Shown here: positions 25,862 through 53,272 of the stretch, one piece after another
Numbering within the stretch: the stretch's first letter is position 1
Layout: each line of letters starts with the position of its first letter
NCBI RefSeq assembly: GCF_001194135.2
Contig: NC_068985.1
Coordinates: 19,676,382 to 19,740,381, forward strand
DNA from: Octopus bimaculoides
Lineage: Eukaryota
Direction of reading: 5' to 3'
Length of the DNA stretch: 64,000 bases
Position numbers and translations under genes: made by a program
The notes under the pieces: generated by a model
The model's input: the letters and a program-made list of their open reading frames with translations, nothing else
Databases searched by the model: none
Told to the model about the DNA's origin: nothing

Positions 25862-26944
25862 TATGAAATCCTAGAAAAATAAAAAGTGAATTGATATTAA
25901 ACTATATAAAGATATTTTAGTAACAAAATAACTGAAGTAGTTAAATTTTTAAACAGCAAACTCAATTAATGTAGGGAATTGCACAAGTAGTTTTGTGGTT
26001 AAGAAGCTCACTTTGCAACCACATAGTTTTGGGTTCAGTTACACTGCACAGCCAGGGTTAGGTAGATGACACTGGGCAGGTGCCTTCTAGTATAACCTTG
26101 GGCCAACCAATGTCTTGTGAGTAAAGTTAGCAGATGGAAACTGTGGAATTTTGCATATTTATATCTATATATGTGTGTGTCTGCCCAACTGCTTGATAAC
26201 TGACGTTGGTTGCTTTATGTCCCAGATAATTCTATCAGTCTCTTTTGCCAAAACCATTGAGTTACAGGGACATAAAGCAACCAACACCAGTTGCCAAGTG
26301 GTTGGACAAACACACACATACATATATAGATATATACAACAGGGTTCTACACAGTTTCTGTCTGCTGAATTCACTCACGGGGCATAAAAATAAATACTTG
26401 GGTCATTCTGTTCAACTAAAACTCTTCAAGGCAGTGCCCCAGTATGGCCACAGTCTAATGCAGAAATAAGCAAAATCTTGAGGAAAATTAATATAAAAAT
26501 GCAGACTAGTAAATTTATGTTTCCACACAAATTTATCTTTCATATATTTTTCATCTACACGACACGAATATCACATCTTGTCCTTCCTGTTCCCTTGGAA
26601 ACAAAACCAACAAAGTGCAAATGGAACATAACCCTGATTCAATTGGCTAATCTAGTGCAAACTTTTATATGTAAAAAAATATCAAGATATCAACTGTTAT
26701 TTTCTCCTGTTTTAAGTGGACCTGCTGTTACTTCAGAAGCACAAGGACATTACAATTTCTCAGAGAACCTGTACCAATGACCAAATTAAAATGCTATATC
26801 TTGCAGTCATTAACTATGACACAGGGTATGTAAATACTCATTGTAATTGTATAAAAGGCTCAGTAGAAGCATCATTTAAATGTGGCATAGAAAATGCATT
26901 CAGCAGTAATTTTAAATGAATATGAGTATACTTGGGTGGGATTA

Positions 26945-27115
26945 AGCCAGTATTGGCTCAGGTTGGGCACCATAGCCCATTCTTCGGCCAAGGACAGTTT
27001 GAATGTTATGAGGAATTTCTCTTCCCTTTATGAGTCTGGGTATAATGCTAAAAAGAGCAGGGCCAGGTGAGGTGAAATAATTCTGTCTTAGTGTTTTAAG
27101 GCGCATGCTTCTTTT
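26945..27115 (-). mobile_element. Possible LINE ORF2 C-terminal remnant
   Basis: KTLRQNYFTSPGPALFSIIP resembles the CR1/L2-like 'NSF..RGP.LFN.LP' motif; short and decayed. Confidence 0.35.
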
Positions 27116-27309
27116 AAATGAGGAAAAAAAAAAAACACTTACCAAAAGGAAATCTTTAGAGAGGAGAAAGAGTATCATGTAGAAAGATGAATGATTTTCA
27201 GCAATGATATATATACACTTTTATAAGATAGTTCATATACAATGTAAGATAGAATATTTTGTACTGTATACTAACAGTTAAGATTGTACAAAACTTATAA
27301 AGAAAGAAA

Positions 27310-27695
27310 CATTTCAAAGATTTATTTGATTGTGACAGCATAGCCGATGGAAAGACCATTTCAAAGACTTATTTGATTGCGCCTGCAGAGCCGACAAAAG
27401 ACACTTGAACATCACAAAAAAGCTAAAAACAAACGACTTAAGTTGCACAACTCAATAGTTTAGAAACCAAAAGAAAAGAAAAAAAGCAATCCATTCTCTT
27501 AAAGACAAAAAGGAAACTGGGCTTCAAGGGTTTCTGGCCGAGATGTACATAGCTGACACACAAGAAAACTTTATTCTGTGTCTCTGCTAAGCTGGGATGT
27601 GATGGGAGGTACAAGGTGACCTCCGTGAAGCAACCATTATTTCAATCTTCAACAAGGGAGACAATTCAGAAAAAACTAGCAACTAAAGGTATTGT
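27310..27695 (+). mobile_element. RTE-like LINE fragment upstream of the RT domain
   Basis: RWKDHFKDLFD and GDLREATIISIFNKGDNSEKTSN match the pre-RT motifs RW.EHF..LL and DA.I...FKKGD...C.NYR. Confidence 0.6.
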
Positions 27696-28179
27696 GTGTA
27701 GCCGTGTTTGAGTGCGTGTGCATGTGTAGGTTTATAAAATTATATTTCTGTATTTATAGTGCTTTCCTTGTATATGTTAGTTTACAAAATGTGTGTGTTT
27801 GTACTTTGTGGGTGCTGGAAAATTTTAACTCAACTGACTCACTCACCACAATTTCAATCTAGTTTTCAACCAGTTATCAAGGTATGCATGTGAACTTATT
27901 CACAATTTATATTCAAGTAGTTCTTGCTTTTTGAGCTTCTGATTATGAGTTTACATCTTCACAAGATGTGACAAAAATTTTTTTTTATTATTTTCATAAT
28001 TAAAAGAAAAAAATCATTATTAACTCAATGTGTATTGCCCCCAAACAATGTCCAAGCAGATAAATGTGCTTGACAGTCAAACCAAAGGTCAAATTATTTG
28101 CTAAGAGTCAGTAGCCTTAGCCACCCTTGCTAGACACCAGTGTTTTTGATTCAATTCAAAGTGTTATTCTGTTACCAGC

Positions 28180-30104
28180 AAGTGAATGTTAACAAGGCAC
28201 CAGAACTGCATGAGGAGCAGTATGCCCAACAGAAACAGGGGCCTATATCTGTTGTAAATTTAGTCTTCAACAGGGATTGTACTGCTGATAGGCAGAAATA
28301 CAATTTACCAACAGTTAATGAAATAGCCATGGTCTTCAGCAATACTGACGGTGAGCCACCATTCAACAGACATTTCAAGGTTTACCCAAGAAACAATGAG
28401 GTCCCTGTGATCAGTCTGAACATTCTTAGCCCCAACGACGCATGTATTGTTGTTCTTTCCATATGGAGAGCCAGGCTGGCAACCACATATAATGGGTAAT
28501 AAAAATAGAACAAACTCAAGGCAAAATGTTACAATGCTCCAACATAATGTATCTCTTACAGCAGTTACAGATGGTGAATTCAACCCAGTTATCCATGGAG
28601 GCAAGCCCTTCCAGCAATGGGCAGTAGACTCTTACCTGCAAGTCAAAGGTAACAACGTAAATTTTGTGAAGAACCATCAACACAGGTTAAAAGTAGAACA
28701 ATGCCGTAATCTTGCTGATCATTTACGGAATGTGAGTACATGGGCTATGCTACAGAGATTTGCATCTTCCAGTCCCAGCTGCAGCAACCTTTCATGAACT
28801 GTTGAAAATAACAATGTTGAAGGAGTTGATATTGAGAGGCATATTGCATCCTTCACTGAGGCTCAGCACCAGGTCTATGAACACATTATTGCAGCCATCA
28901 ATGATGATGAAAGACAGAGTAGATTCTTTTTCCTCGATGGCCCTGCAGATATGGGAAAGACCTACCTGTACAACACATTGACAGCTTCTCTAAGAAGGTA
29001 AAACAAGTGTGTCCTTTCCTATACTACTACAGGCATAGCTGCTGATTCGCTCATTGATGGAAGGACAGTTCACAGTGGACTCAAGCTACCCACCCCATTG
29101 CATGACAGTTCTACCTCTCACATGAGAATCCCTCCAGAGTCATCTGAGAAATTAAAGCAGGCTCACCTTTTAATTATTGATGAAGCATCAATGTTATCAT
29201 GCCATGCTCTGAGAACCATTGATCAGCTGCTGAGGCAAACAATGAATTCACTCAGACCATTCGGTAGAAAAGTGCTGCTACTTGGCGGAGACTTCAGACA
29301 AACTGCACCTGTCATCCCACAAGGATCCAATGCAGCAGTAACTGAGTCATCAATTAAGCAATCTCGTCTCTGACATTTCGTAACAAAACTCAGTTTGACA
29401 GAAAATATGCAAATGGCTGGACAGGATGACTTCAACAGGTGGCTCTTAGAGGTTGGAAATGGAACCCTTTCCAACAATGAAGGACTGGAAGAAAACCTCA
29501 TAGAAATTCTCCAAAACATGGTATCTACAAATAACATTGTTAGAGAAGTTTTTGGGGAAGAATTACTACTAGACAATGATGAGGCAATTGAAAGAGTGTC
29601 ACCGATAAGCATGTTGACACCTAAAAACAAAGATTGTCTTCATATAAACACTGACATAATGTCATTATTGCCTGGTGAGGCAACAATCTGCAGAAGTGTT
29701 GACACCATTGTTGAAGAAAATAACGAAGCTGCTCCAGTGGAATTTTAAAATTCCCTGACGCTTTCTGGGATGCCACTTCATACACTGGCCTTGAAGAGGC
29801 ATTCAATAGTCATGTTGCTTAATGGGACTCTGATCTTAGTGTTGTCCAACAAGGATTTTTACATTCATGGAAAAATACTCAGTATTCAGCATTGGAAAAC
29901 TTTGTTGCATTGAGTAGAAGTAGAAGCAGTAATGATATTAAGATGTTGGTAAAGAACCATCCAAAACAAGGCAAACTCATTGGTTGTAGGGTTTTCACTA
30001 GAAACGTGGTGTTGAAACAGTTATTAAGATAAAGGTTGTAATCTTTTCATTTTATTTTTCGTATAATTTTCATGCTGTCATTTCTGATGGCACAGGTACA
30101 CTAG
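28180..30104 (+). mobile_element. Helitron (Rep/PIF1 helicase) pseudogene, 5'-truncated and internally deleted, with a recognisable 3' end
   Basis: YNLPTVNEIA, LFFPYGEPGW, GGKPFQQWAVDSY; helicase DGPADMGKT, TTTGIAA, LIIDEASM, PFGRKVLLLGGDFRQTAPV, LTENM, LTPKN, VALSR; stop at 30030-30032. 3' hairpin tgctgtca-tttc-tgatggca (30073-30092), then CTAG|T (30101-30105). Confidence 0.92.
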
Positions 30105-31337
30105 TTATTCTTATTGTATGGGGAGATTTCATAGTTGACTGATTTAAGTAGGAGCAATAGGCAAAGTCAGCTTTGATCAATGCATTGTGTTTCAGATTCA
30201 TCACCCTCATTTTTCCCTTTTAACATCCACTTCCTCATTCTTGCATGGCTCAGATGGAATTTCTTGAGGTGCATTTTCTACAGCTGGATGCCCTTCATGT
30301 CACCAACCCTCACTTGTTTCTAAGTAAGTTTATATTTTCCCATGACCAGGCGTTTTCACAGAATATTGGAAATAACATCACTTGCATGATGGTGACACTT
30401 GTTACAACCATCATGCAATGTCAAGGCAAGGAGACAGTAACATACATATATACAATGGGCTTCTTTCAGTTTTCATCTACCAATTCCACTCAAAAGGTGT
30501 TGGTTGACCTGGGACTATAGAAGAAAATACTTGCCTAAATTGCTACACAGTAGGACTGAACATGGAACCATATGATTGGGAAGCTAAATTCTTACCATTC
30601 ACACATTGGCACACAACTTATGGGAGAAGAGGATTGGTATTTAATTTAAACAAAGATGATGGACATAATGACACCCTGTATACAATTAAGAAAGTGAGGC
30701 TTCAATATACGGTGGTATGGTACTAAAATTTATTCAGAACTGAATCTCATTATTTACTGTTTAATAGTTTCTTGTGTCCAACAATCCTTACGCACCAAAT
30801 CATAGTAGAGATACTTTTGATCATGGAGTTCTTGCAAAACCAAGGCTGACTTAATTCTTTAGTATTTAAACCAGTGATAGCTGGCCCCAAATATTTTACC
30901 ATCTGTATGTTTAAACTGGTCTCTCGCACCTACACTACAATGTCATTCTAAAGGCACACGTCTGGTTTTGAGGTAAGAAGCTTGCTTCCCAATCACACAG
31001 TTCCAGATTCAGTCTCACTGTGTGGCACTTTTGGCATGTGTCTTCTACTATAGCCTTGGGCCAACCAAAGCCCTGCATGCAAGTAGATTTGGTAGCAAGA
31101 ACTGAAAGAAGCCTGCTGGATATATATATGTAAAAATTAAATAAGGTATTTTTTAAGTTTTTACTTGCTAGCCACTTTATTATTATTATATAAAATTTTA
31201 TACTGGCTCACATTATGTTCATTTTTGAATGTCACGGGGACATTCAAATGAAAGAAAACACATGGTTTAATGTGATGAATATTTCAAAAATGGATGATTT
31301 GCAGTAAGTCTGGCTGATGAGCTTTAAGTATATTCAT

Positions 31338-31672
31338 ACATCATCGTTTAACGTCCGCTTTCCATGCTAGCATGGGTTGGACAATTTGACTGAGGACTGG
31401 TGGACCAGGAGGCGACACCAGGCTCCAATCTGATTTGGCAGAGTTTCTACAGCTGGATGCCCTTCCTAACACCAACCACTCTGAGAGTGTAGTGGATGCT
31501 TTTACTTGCCACCGGCACTGGCAACAGCCACGCTCGAAATGGTGTATTTTACGTGCCACCTGCACAGGAGCCAGTTCATCGGCACTGGCAACGATCTCGC
31601 TCGAATGTCTTACTGGCAATGGCCACACTCGAAATGGTGTATTTTACGTGTCACCTGCACAGGGGCCAGTGA
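31338..31672 (-). mobile_element. RTE LINE 3'UTR fragment with an internal tandem duplication
   Basis: Same family; the unit ctggcaa..gccac(g/a)ctcgaaatggtgtattttacgtg..acctgcacagg..ccagt occurs twice. Confidence 0.8.
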
Positions 31673-34163
31673 TCCTGGAATATCTGTATTCCTTGCTTCT
31701 GTAGTTCATACAAGGTAAGCCTATTTCTGTTATATTTGTTGCATTCGCTCTGTGTATTTTAATATTGAGAAGTTTGTGATTTTGGAGCATTAGCTCTATT
31801 TATAGCAAGTGGTATTCTGATACCCTACTAAATTTCTGTATATATATAAATATATTTTGGTTCCCTCCCCCACCACATGACAACCAGTGTTGGTGTGTTT
31901 ACATGCTTTAAAAAAATGTACCGGGGTCAATTCATTTCACTAAAAATTCAAGGTGGTTCTCCAGCATGACTGCAGTCTAATGACTGAAACAAAAGATAAA
32001 TCACGTCATTGAAGTGTCAAAGGTTTGAGATAATGCATGAATAATTCAAAACAATGTGAATATATAAACATTACATTTGACAGAGTAATCTGTATGCTAA
32101 AGGGTTAAGAGTTAATCAAAGCAACAACAGATGTGATAAAAGTTCTCTTTGAGAAAAGATTCATCTGTATTTGGAACAGACTAAGTAGAGGGAGATTTCT
32201 CTTTGGCTGAGATGAACATGTCAATCTGATCCAGCAAACTAATGATCAAAGACATTGCACTCATGGCCACCACATCTACTTTCCAGGTAGTCATATTACA
32301 CTGAAATATGTTCATTTTTGTTTTGTTCCCTCACCCACCAATATTTGTATGGATTTTAATAACAAAATCCATATATTGACTAAAAATGTAGTTGATAGTT
32401 CTAACGCACTGGGTGACATAAACACATACAGATATAGTTATCATCATCATCGTTTAACGTCCGCCTTCCATGCTGGCATGGGTGGGTGTATATATATATA
32501 TATATATTGATGGCAAGTGTTCTCTACTATAGCCCTGAGACAACCAATGCCCTGTGAGTGATTCGGTGGATAGAAACTGTGTGGAAGCGCGTCATATGTA
32601 TGTATATGTGTTGGTCCCCTGTAACTTAGCAGTTTGACACACACACTTCACTGAACCTAACACTTTTGCATCCCGTAGTCGGTCCATTATCGATTTTTAT
32701 TGAAATCCAGTTAGCCTATAATTGAATTGGACGTTAGTTCAACACGTATACAAAGTTTATTGAAGATTGGTTCGCTGGTTTGGGCAACATGGTAACAGAC
32801 AGACAGAAATTACCATTTATATACAAAAATACTAGTCGTCAGTTTAATTCCAGGTCAAAGGAATTCCACCCATAATTATCCCATGTTCTATTTTTCAGGC
32901 AATAGTGTATACTTCAGGCTACATTATTCAATGTTCTAAACAAAAAAGGACAGTAGAAGATAACATGAAGGAGATTTTTGAGTGGTTCTACGTTTCATTC
33001 TAGTGGTGTATAGGGTTATATATATATATAATGCAAGAGAGTTAGGGGTTGAGGATTCAACCCACTAAGGGATAGTATCTATCCAATATACTGCTGGGAG
33101 GGTACCCAATTATTGTTACACTAGTGTTATACCAAGTGTAATAAGTGGGTGCGGGTAAAACATCAGCTAATATATATATACATACATACATATAATCATA
33201 AATATATAGGGATTGACAGTAACCTGCTTCTCCAACATACTGAGAATTCAGAAATAGCAGCCAAAGAACTACTGATTCCAAAACTACAAATTATTATTCT
33301 AAATTGATAGCGATATTTTTGATACACACAGAACAAAAAACAGTAGAGAAGAGTAAAAAAAACCACCTGCCTTTAGTTAATTTAGTACGATCGTTTCACA
33401 GTTAAGAGTAAAGAATACTCTATTCTGATCTTCAGCTAAATATTCTAATAGTTAATTTAGTACGATCGTTTCACAGTTAAGAGTAAAGAATACTCTATTC
33501 TGATCTTCAGCTAAATATTNNNNNNNNNNNNNNNNNNNNNNNNNNNNNNNNNNNNNNNNNNNNNNNNNNNNNNNNNNNNNNNNNNNNNNNNNNNNNNNNN
33601 NNNNNNNNNNNNNNNNNNNNNNNNNNNNNNNNNNNNNNNNNNNNNNNNNNNNNNNNNNNNNNNNNNNNNNNNNNNNNNNNNNNNNNNNNNNNNNNNNNNN
33701 NNNNNNNNNNNNNNNNNNNNNNNNNNNNNNNNNNNNNNNNNNNNNNNNNNNNNNNNNNNNNNNNNNNNNNNNNNNNNNNNNNNNNNNNNNNNNNNNNNNN
33801 NNNNNNNNNNNNNNNNNNNNNNNNNNNNNNNNNNNNNNNNNNNNNNNNNNNNNNNNNNNNNNNNNNNNNNNNNNNNNNNNNNNNNNNNNNNNNNNNNNNN
33901 NNNNNNNNNNNNNNNNNNNNNNNNNNNNNNNNNNNNNNNNNNNNNNNNNNNNNNNNNNNNNNNNNNNNNNNNNNNNNNNNNNNNNNNNNNNNNNNNNNNN
34001 NNNNNNNNNNNNNNNNNNNNNNNNNNNNNNNNNNNNNNNNNNNNNNNNNNNNNNNNNNNNNNNNNNNNNNNNNNNNNNNNNNNNNNNNNNNNNNNNNNNN
34101 NNNNNNNNNNNNNNNNNNNNNNNNNNNNNNNNNNNNNNNNNNNNNNNNNNNNNNNNNNNNNNN

Positions 34164-34369
34164 AGTGGTCGATCCTAACCCTAACCCTATTCCTAATCCT
34201 AACCCTAAACACGTATTCATTTGCACACGCGGGTTAGGGATAGGGTTAGGGTTAGGGATAGGGTTAGGGTTAGGGACAGGGTTAGGGTTAGGATTAGGAT
34301 CGACCACTCAAGACTAGCTAGCGCGGACGCGTGACTGCGCGTTCGAGTCCGCGCTGCTTTAGTAGTACC
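34164..34369. mobile_element. Right end of a telomere-repeat-containing TIR-type element (Merlin-like), left end probably in the gap
   Basis: Inverted (CCCTAA)n/(TTAGGG)n cassette bounded by AGTGGTCGATCCTAA...TTAGGATCGACCACT, a GC hairpin agcgcggac...gtccgcgct, and a terminus ...TAGTAGTACC (reverse complement GGTAC). Confidence 0.5.
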
Positions 34370-36680
34370 GGATTCTATATTTAGTTCTATCTGTAAAGGA
34401 TAACAAAAAACAAAATAGTGACAAGTGATTCGGTGTAATAACTAAACGCCGACATTGAAACGTGGGGTGGGAGGGCAACGTTGGAACGCTTTAAAATCAA
34501 GACAAGCATTTCGAAACATCACTAACAAAAAAAAAAATGCATCCGCAAATGAATAGGACGCTTTATTTTCTATTTTGACTCTCTTTGAAGGGTTGTCTTA
34601 AATATTTTTTTTTTTTTGTTGAGGAATGTATTCTTAACCCGGAGACGAGCCCAAAAGCCTGCAACAGGAAAAATTTCGTTAAAAGCAACCAAGTACCAGG
34701 TGGAGGCGTTAAACCGGGCGATGCATTAAAGCGACTACCCAAATACGCCACTGCCGGCCGGAATTTGAACTCAGAACGTGTCTATATAACATTTCATAGT
34801 ATTGAATTGAGAGCAACATTGAATAACCAGATAATACATTGAGATTAATTCTTATCAACATATACAAAATAAGTACAAGGAAGCCTCTATATAGTTGTTC
34901 AACCAGCTAAAAACAACAGATAAATTTCCCTCACATCATATCTTATTGACTTGGTAATAAAAGACAATGGATAATGTAGTACTAAGTGAACTGTAAAAAA
35001 AAAAAAAGTATGACACTCTAATTATTCTGCTGGTTTGGCAGAATATCTAGAGCATCAGACAAAATGCCAAGCGCTATTCAGTTACAGCTTTTGTCCCGAG
35101 TTCAAATCCCACCAAGGTCGATTCTACCTTTTGTCCAATAAAATGAAAAATCTACCAGTGAGGGATAAAAATGATAGAATACCGGCATAATTAACTTTCT
35201 ACAAAACTTAAATTAATTCATTAATTAACTTTCTTCCCAGCAAAATATTTAAGTAACGAAACAGCTTTTAAATGATTGTTAGAACAAAAGAAGTCACCAA
35301 AATAATATTTTGTGGTGAGATGAAATGAAGTGGTGGGGGGAACTGGAAATTATATTTTAAAATTTCATTTCACTGCTATGCGTCATTACATCTTGTAGGA
35401 AACTACTCGTATCTATTTTTTTTTTTCTTCTGAGATCGTTATGGTTCACATATTTTCCATTCAGTTTATGGATCTTCTAGTCATTTTAAGTATATCATAG
35501 TAGTAAGCAGTATATTTTATGGTATTATATAGCTCTAAATATACAGTGAGTTGGTATTGCATTTTTTTTTTGTCAGTATTTACGTAATGTAGGACTATAT
35601 ATATTTGGTATTAAAACTAAAATTCAGAATATAGTCTGCAAATACGATATCGCTTATTTTCCAGATACACAAGTAATGATAACGATCTTGTATAAATAAA
35701 AATACGCCGTCTTTTTCAATTATCGCCGGTCTACAAAATTAATTACGCTTATCAATTCATTCACATTATTTTTCTCGTATTTTAAATCCAATCAACTATA
35801 AGGATTGATTTATATTCTGAGAAGAAAAAAAACTTCCAAGATATGAATAAAATTATATAATAGAAGACATTAAAAAAATATGGACCTAGCCCTTCCTATA
35901 TAATAAATCTGCGACTTAATACCGTTAAGTACCAGCTCAAATGAAATGTGTAACAGCCTTTCATACCTCAACAAAGAAATTAACGTATTAATTCAAAAGA
36001 GGTATTTAATTTGGTCGGCCCCTTGTTTTAGGCACGTAACCAGAAACATTTAAAATGTATTTATGGGCCTCAATGCTGTATTAAAAAATAGGCCTTCCAC
36101 CCTCATCGAAATATGATGAAATTATATTATTCATCAGCTTCCTGGACCCGATGCTACGGCAACGCGTAGCGCCATGGATGAATGTAACTATCATCATAGA
36201 AAATCATGCGAAGAATATATATACAGAAAAAGATATTATAAAATATATAGTATTAACAAAAAATAAATACACTGCAGTTGCGTTTAAGACAGAATCACGT
36301 TTTCATCCTGGAAAAATTTGAATTGTAACTAAAATATCTTTATACATGTAGATTTCATTTAACCTATAAATTTTTCACACACACGCAGAAAAAAAATTGA
36401 TGAATCAAAATTATTAATAAAAATACCCACTAGAAACTGAACCGCTTCAGATATGCTACATTATAGTATTTTAACCGGCTTTGCTATGAATGGGGAACAA
36501 AATAAATAAATAAATAACAATGTGTTCCGTTTATTTGCTGGTAAAAAATTTACCTGTTTCCTTTCAGCTTGGATGTTTAGAAAATAGCCAGGTATCTTAA
36601 CAATTTAATGGCATCTACACTTTTACGCCCCAATATTCAAATTAGTCGGTTATATGGCCGTGTATATATACATATATGTA

Positions 36681-36720
<40 letters not shown>

Positions 36721-37442
36721 TACACTTTGTTGTTGGTCAGTTCCCTAACGAAGGTTTCGCTCCTTTCGATTTGAATTTGGGTGCAATCTCCGACTAAAGG
36801 ATTTTAACCTAATATTTATCTGCATCAACATTCAACGTTCCCCCTAAAGAATTCCATATATATATATATCCGCAAATATATGCACCAAAGCTTGCTAGAA
36901 TTATAACTTCGTGAATTGATTTTTAAGGTGATTACCTTTTGGCAATGCCAATTAGTTTGATACCTTACTGCTTGTTAGAATTTCGTTGTGGGTTGACTTA
37001 CTTTGCTACCTTTTCATAAACTGCCGCTACAAAATGCCGGCTGTGTTAGCCTTGAAAATCAGTTAGCGAAGCTAAAATTCTTGAAATAAATAATAAAATA
37101 ACCAGCCAGATTTTTTCTTTTAGAAAATTGGAAAACGAGCAAGTAGGGAAATATCAACGAAATAGACAATATAGACATATAAAAGGACCATATTAAAAGG
37201 CCAATTTGAATTTAGGACCGTAATGCGGATACCCCCACGTGCTTTCGCGACTAAATTTTAATTTCCAGAATAAAAGTTTTAATTTCTTATAGTTTCATTG
37301 GTTTGTTTGTTTTTTTCTTCATAGTCTTCGATTCTTGACTGTATGATATAAATCCTTTTAATGGATGAAATTCTTAGTTTACTTTCCACTCTAGAGATTT
37401 TGTGACGGAAAAAAAAACGTAAATGTATAAGTTATCAGATTT

Positions 37443-37815
37443 GTGGCGGCTGAGTGGTAAAGAGTTTGCATTCCAACTGCGAAGTTCCGGATTCAGATCC
37501 ACTGCGTGACACCTTGGGCAGGTGTCTTCCACTATAGCCCCGGGCCGACCAATGCCTTATAAGAGGATTTAGTAAACGGAAACTGTATGGAAGTCTGTCG
37601 TGTATATGTATGTCTATGTGTCTTTGTACCCCACCATTGCTTGACAACCGGTGTTAATCTGTTTACGTCCCCGTAACCTAGCGATTCGGCAAACATAACC
37701 GACAGAATAAGTATCAGGCTTTAAAAAAAAATATGTACTGGGTCGATTCGTTTGACTAAAACCCTTGAAGGCGATGCCCCAGTATGGCCACAGTCTAATG
37801 AAACAAGTAGAAAGT
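37443..37815 (+). mobile_element. SINE family A copy between the two divergent genes
   Basis: Diverged but colinear head, core and tail. Confidence 0.8.
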
Positions 37816-38359
37816 AAATGATAAAAGCATTAAGTCAAAAATGCAGAGATTTACTGAAAGCGGTTTGTTGGCAGATGATGAATGTAACGTCAATAATAAC
37901 TAGAAATACTTTGGTTCAGTTAGATTCCTAAGAAATGTACTTACAATGGTGTTTCTACAACAGTATTCAATATAACAAACATCCAAGCTCGAACATCCAC
38001 AAGATGACTAGGGCATCCTCATCGCTTCACATTTTCGTATTGTTCAAATGTACGAGTTTATTGACGAGGAAGTTATAATTACATCAAGATTTTATTAACA
38101 TTATTGAAAAATGCTCAACTATAAAAAAGTATAATTACATTAATTCCATCATTAAAATTTTAACTCTGTATTTAGAAAACTCAAAAATTTAAAATTAATC
38201 TTCCGCCTAAAAGTATAGTTCATATATTTTGCAAAACTTTACGGAAATAATAAAGAAAAATCTGTTATTTATACAAATACTTTTAATTCGGTTAATATTT
38301 TGATTGGGATAGAAGTAACTGTAAGTATTTAGCTGTTTGTTTTCTTTCGAATAGGCATA

Positions 38360-38625
38360 ACAATTTCATGACGATGACGTAGCCATCGCGTAGTAATTTT
38401 CATTTTTTTCCACTTCACAGTATCCGCGCCTGGTGTTAAGGTGCGGTACTACCGTTTGGTGAACACTAGATTAATTCCAGTAGGATATTTAAGAACCCTT
38501 CTTAAACTGACATATTTTACATTTATTTCTAAAATCAAACTAAAAACTAAAATCCTTTCTTCTTCTTCTGAAAACTTTTGTTTAAATTCTTTATCAAAAA
38601 TTTTTCTCAATTTTCATACATAACA
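38360..38625 (+). promoter_or_regulatory. Putative DDX5 core promoter/5'UTR
   Basis: CpG-retaining segment directly upstream of the ATG, with tandem TGACG (CRE/ATF half-sites, atgacgatgacgtag) followed by a pyrimidine run. The TSS is not determinable from sequence. Confidence 0.4.

Positions 38626-53272
<14,647 letters not shown>

Noticed and set aside
33375-33519. ~72-bp tandem duplication
   Set aside because: Abuts a gap, so it is likely an assembly artefact; cannot be supported.
34170-34300. Interpretation as an ancestral telomere-fusion site
   Set aside because: The orientation is CCCTAA then TTAGGG (opposite to a fusion), and it is bounded by transposon-like inverted arms.
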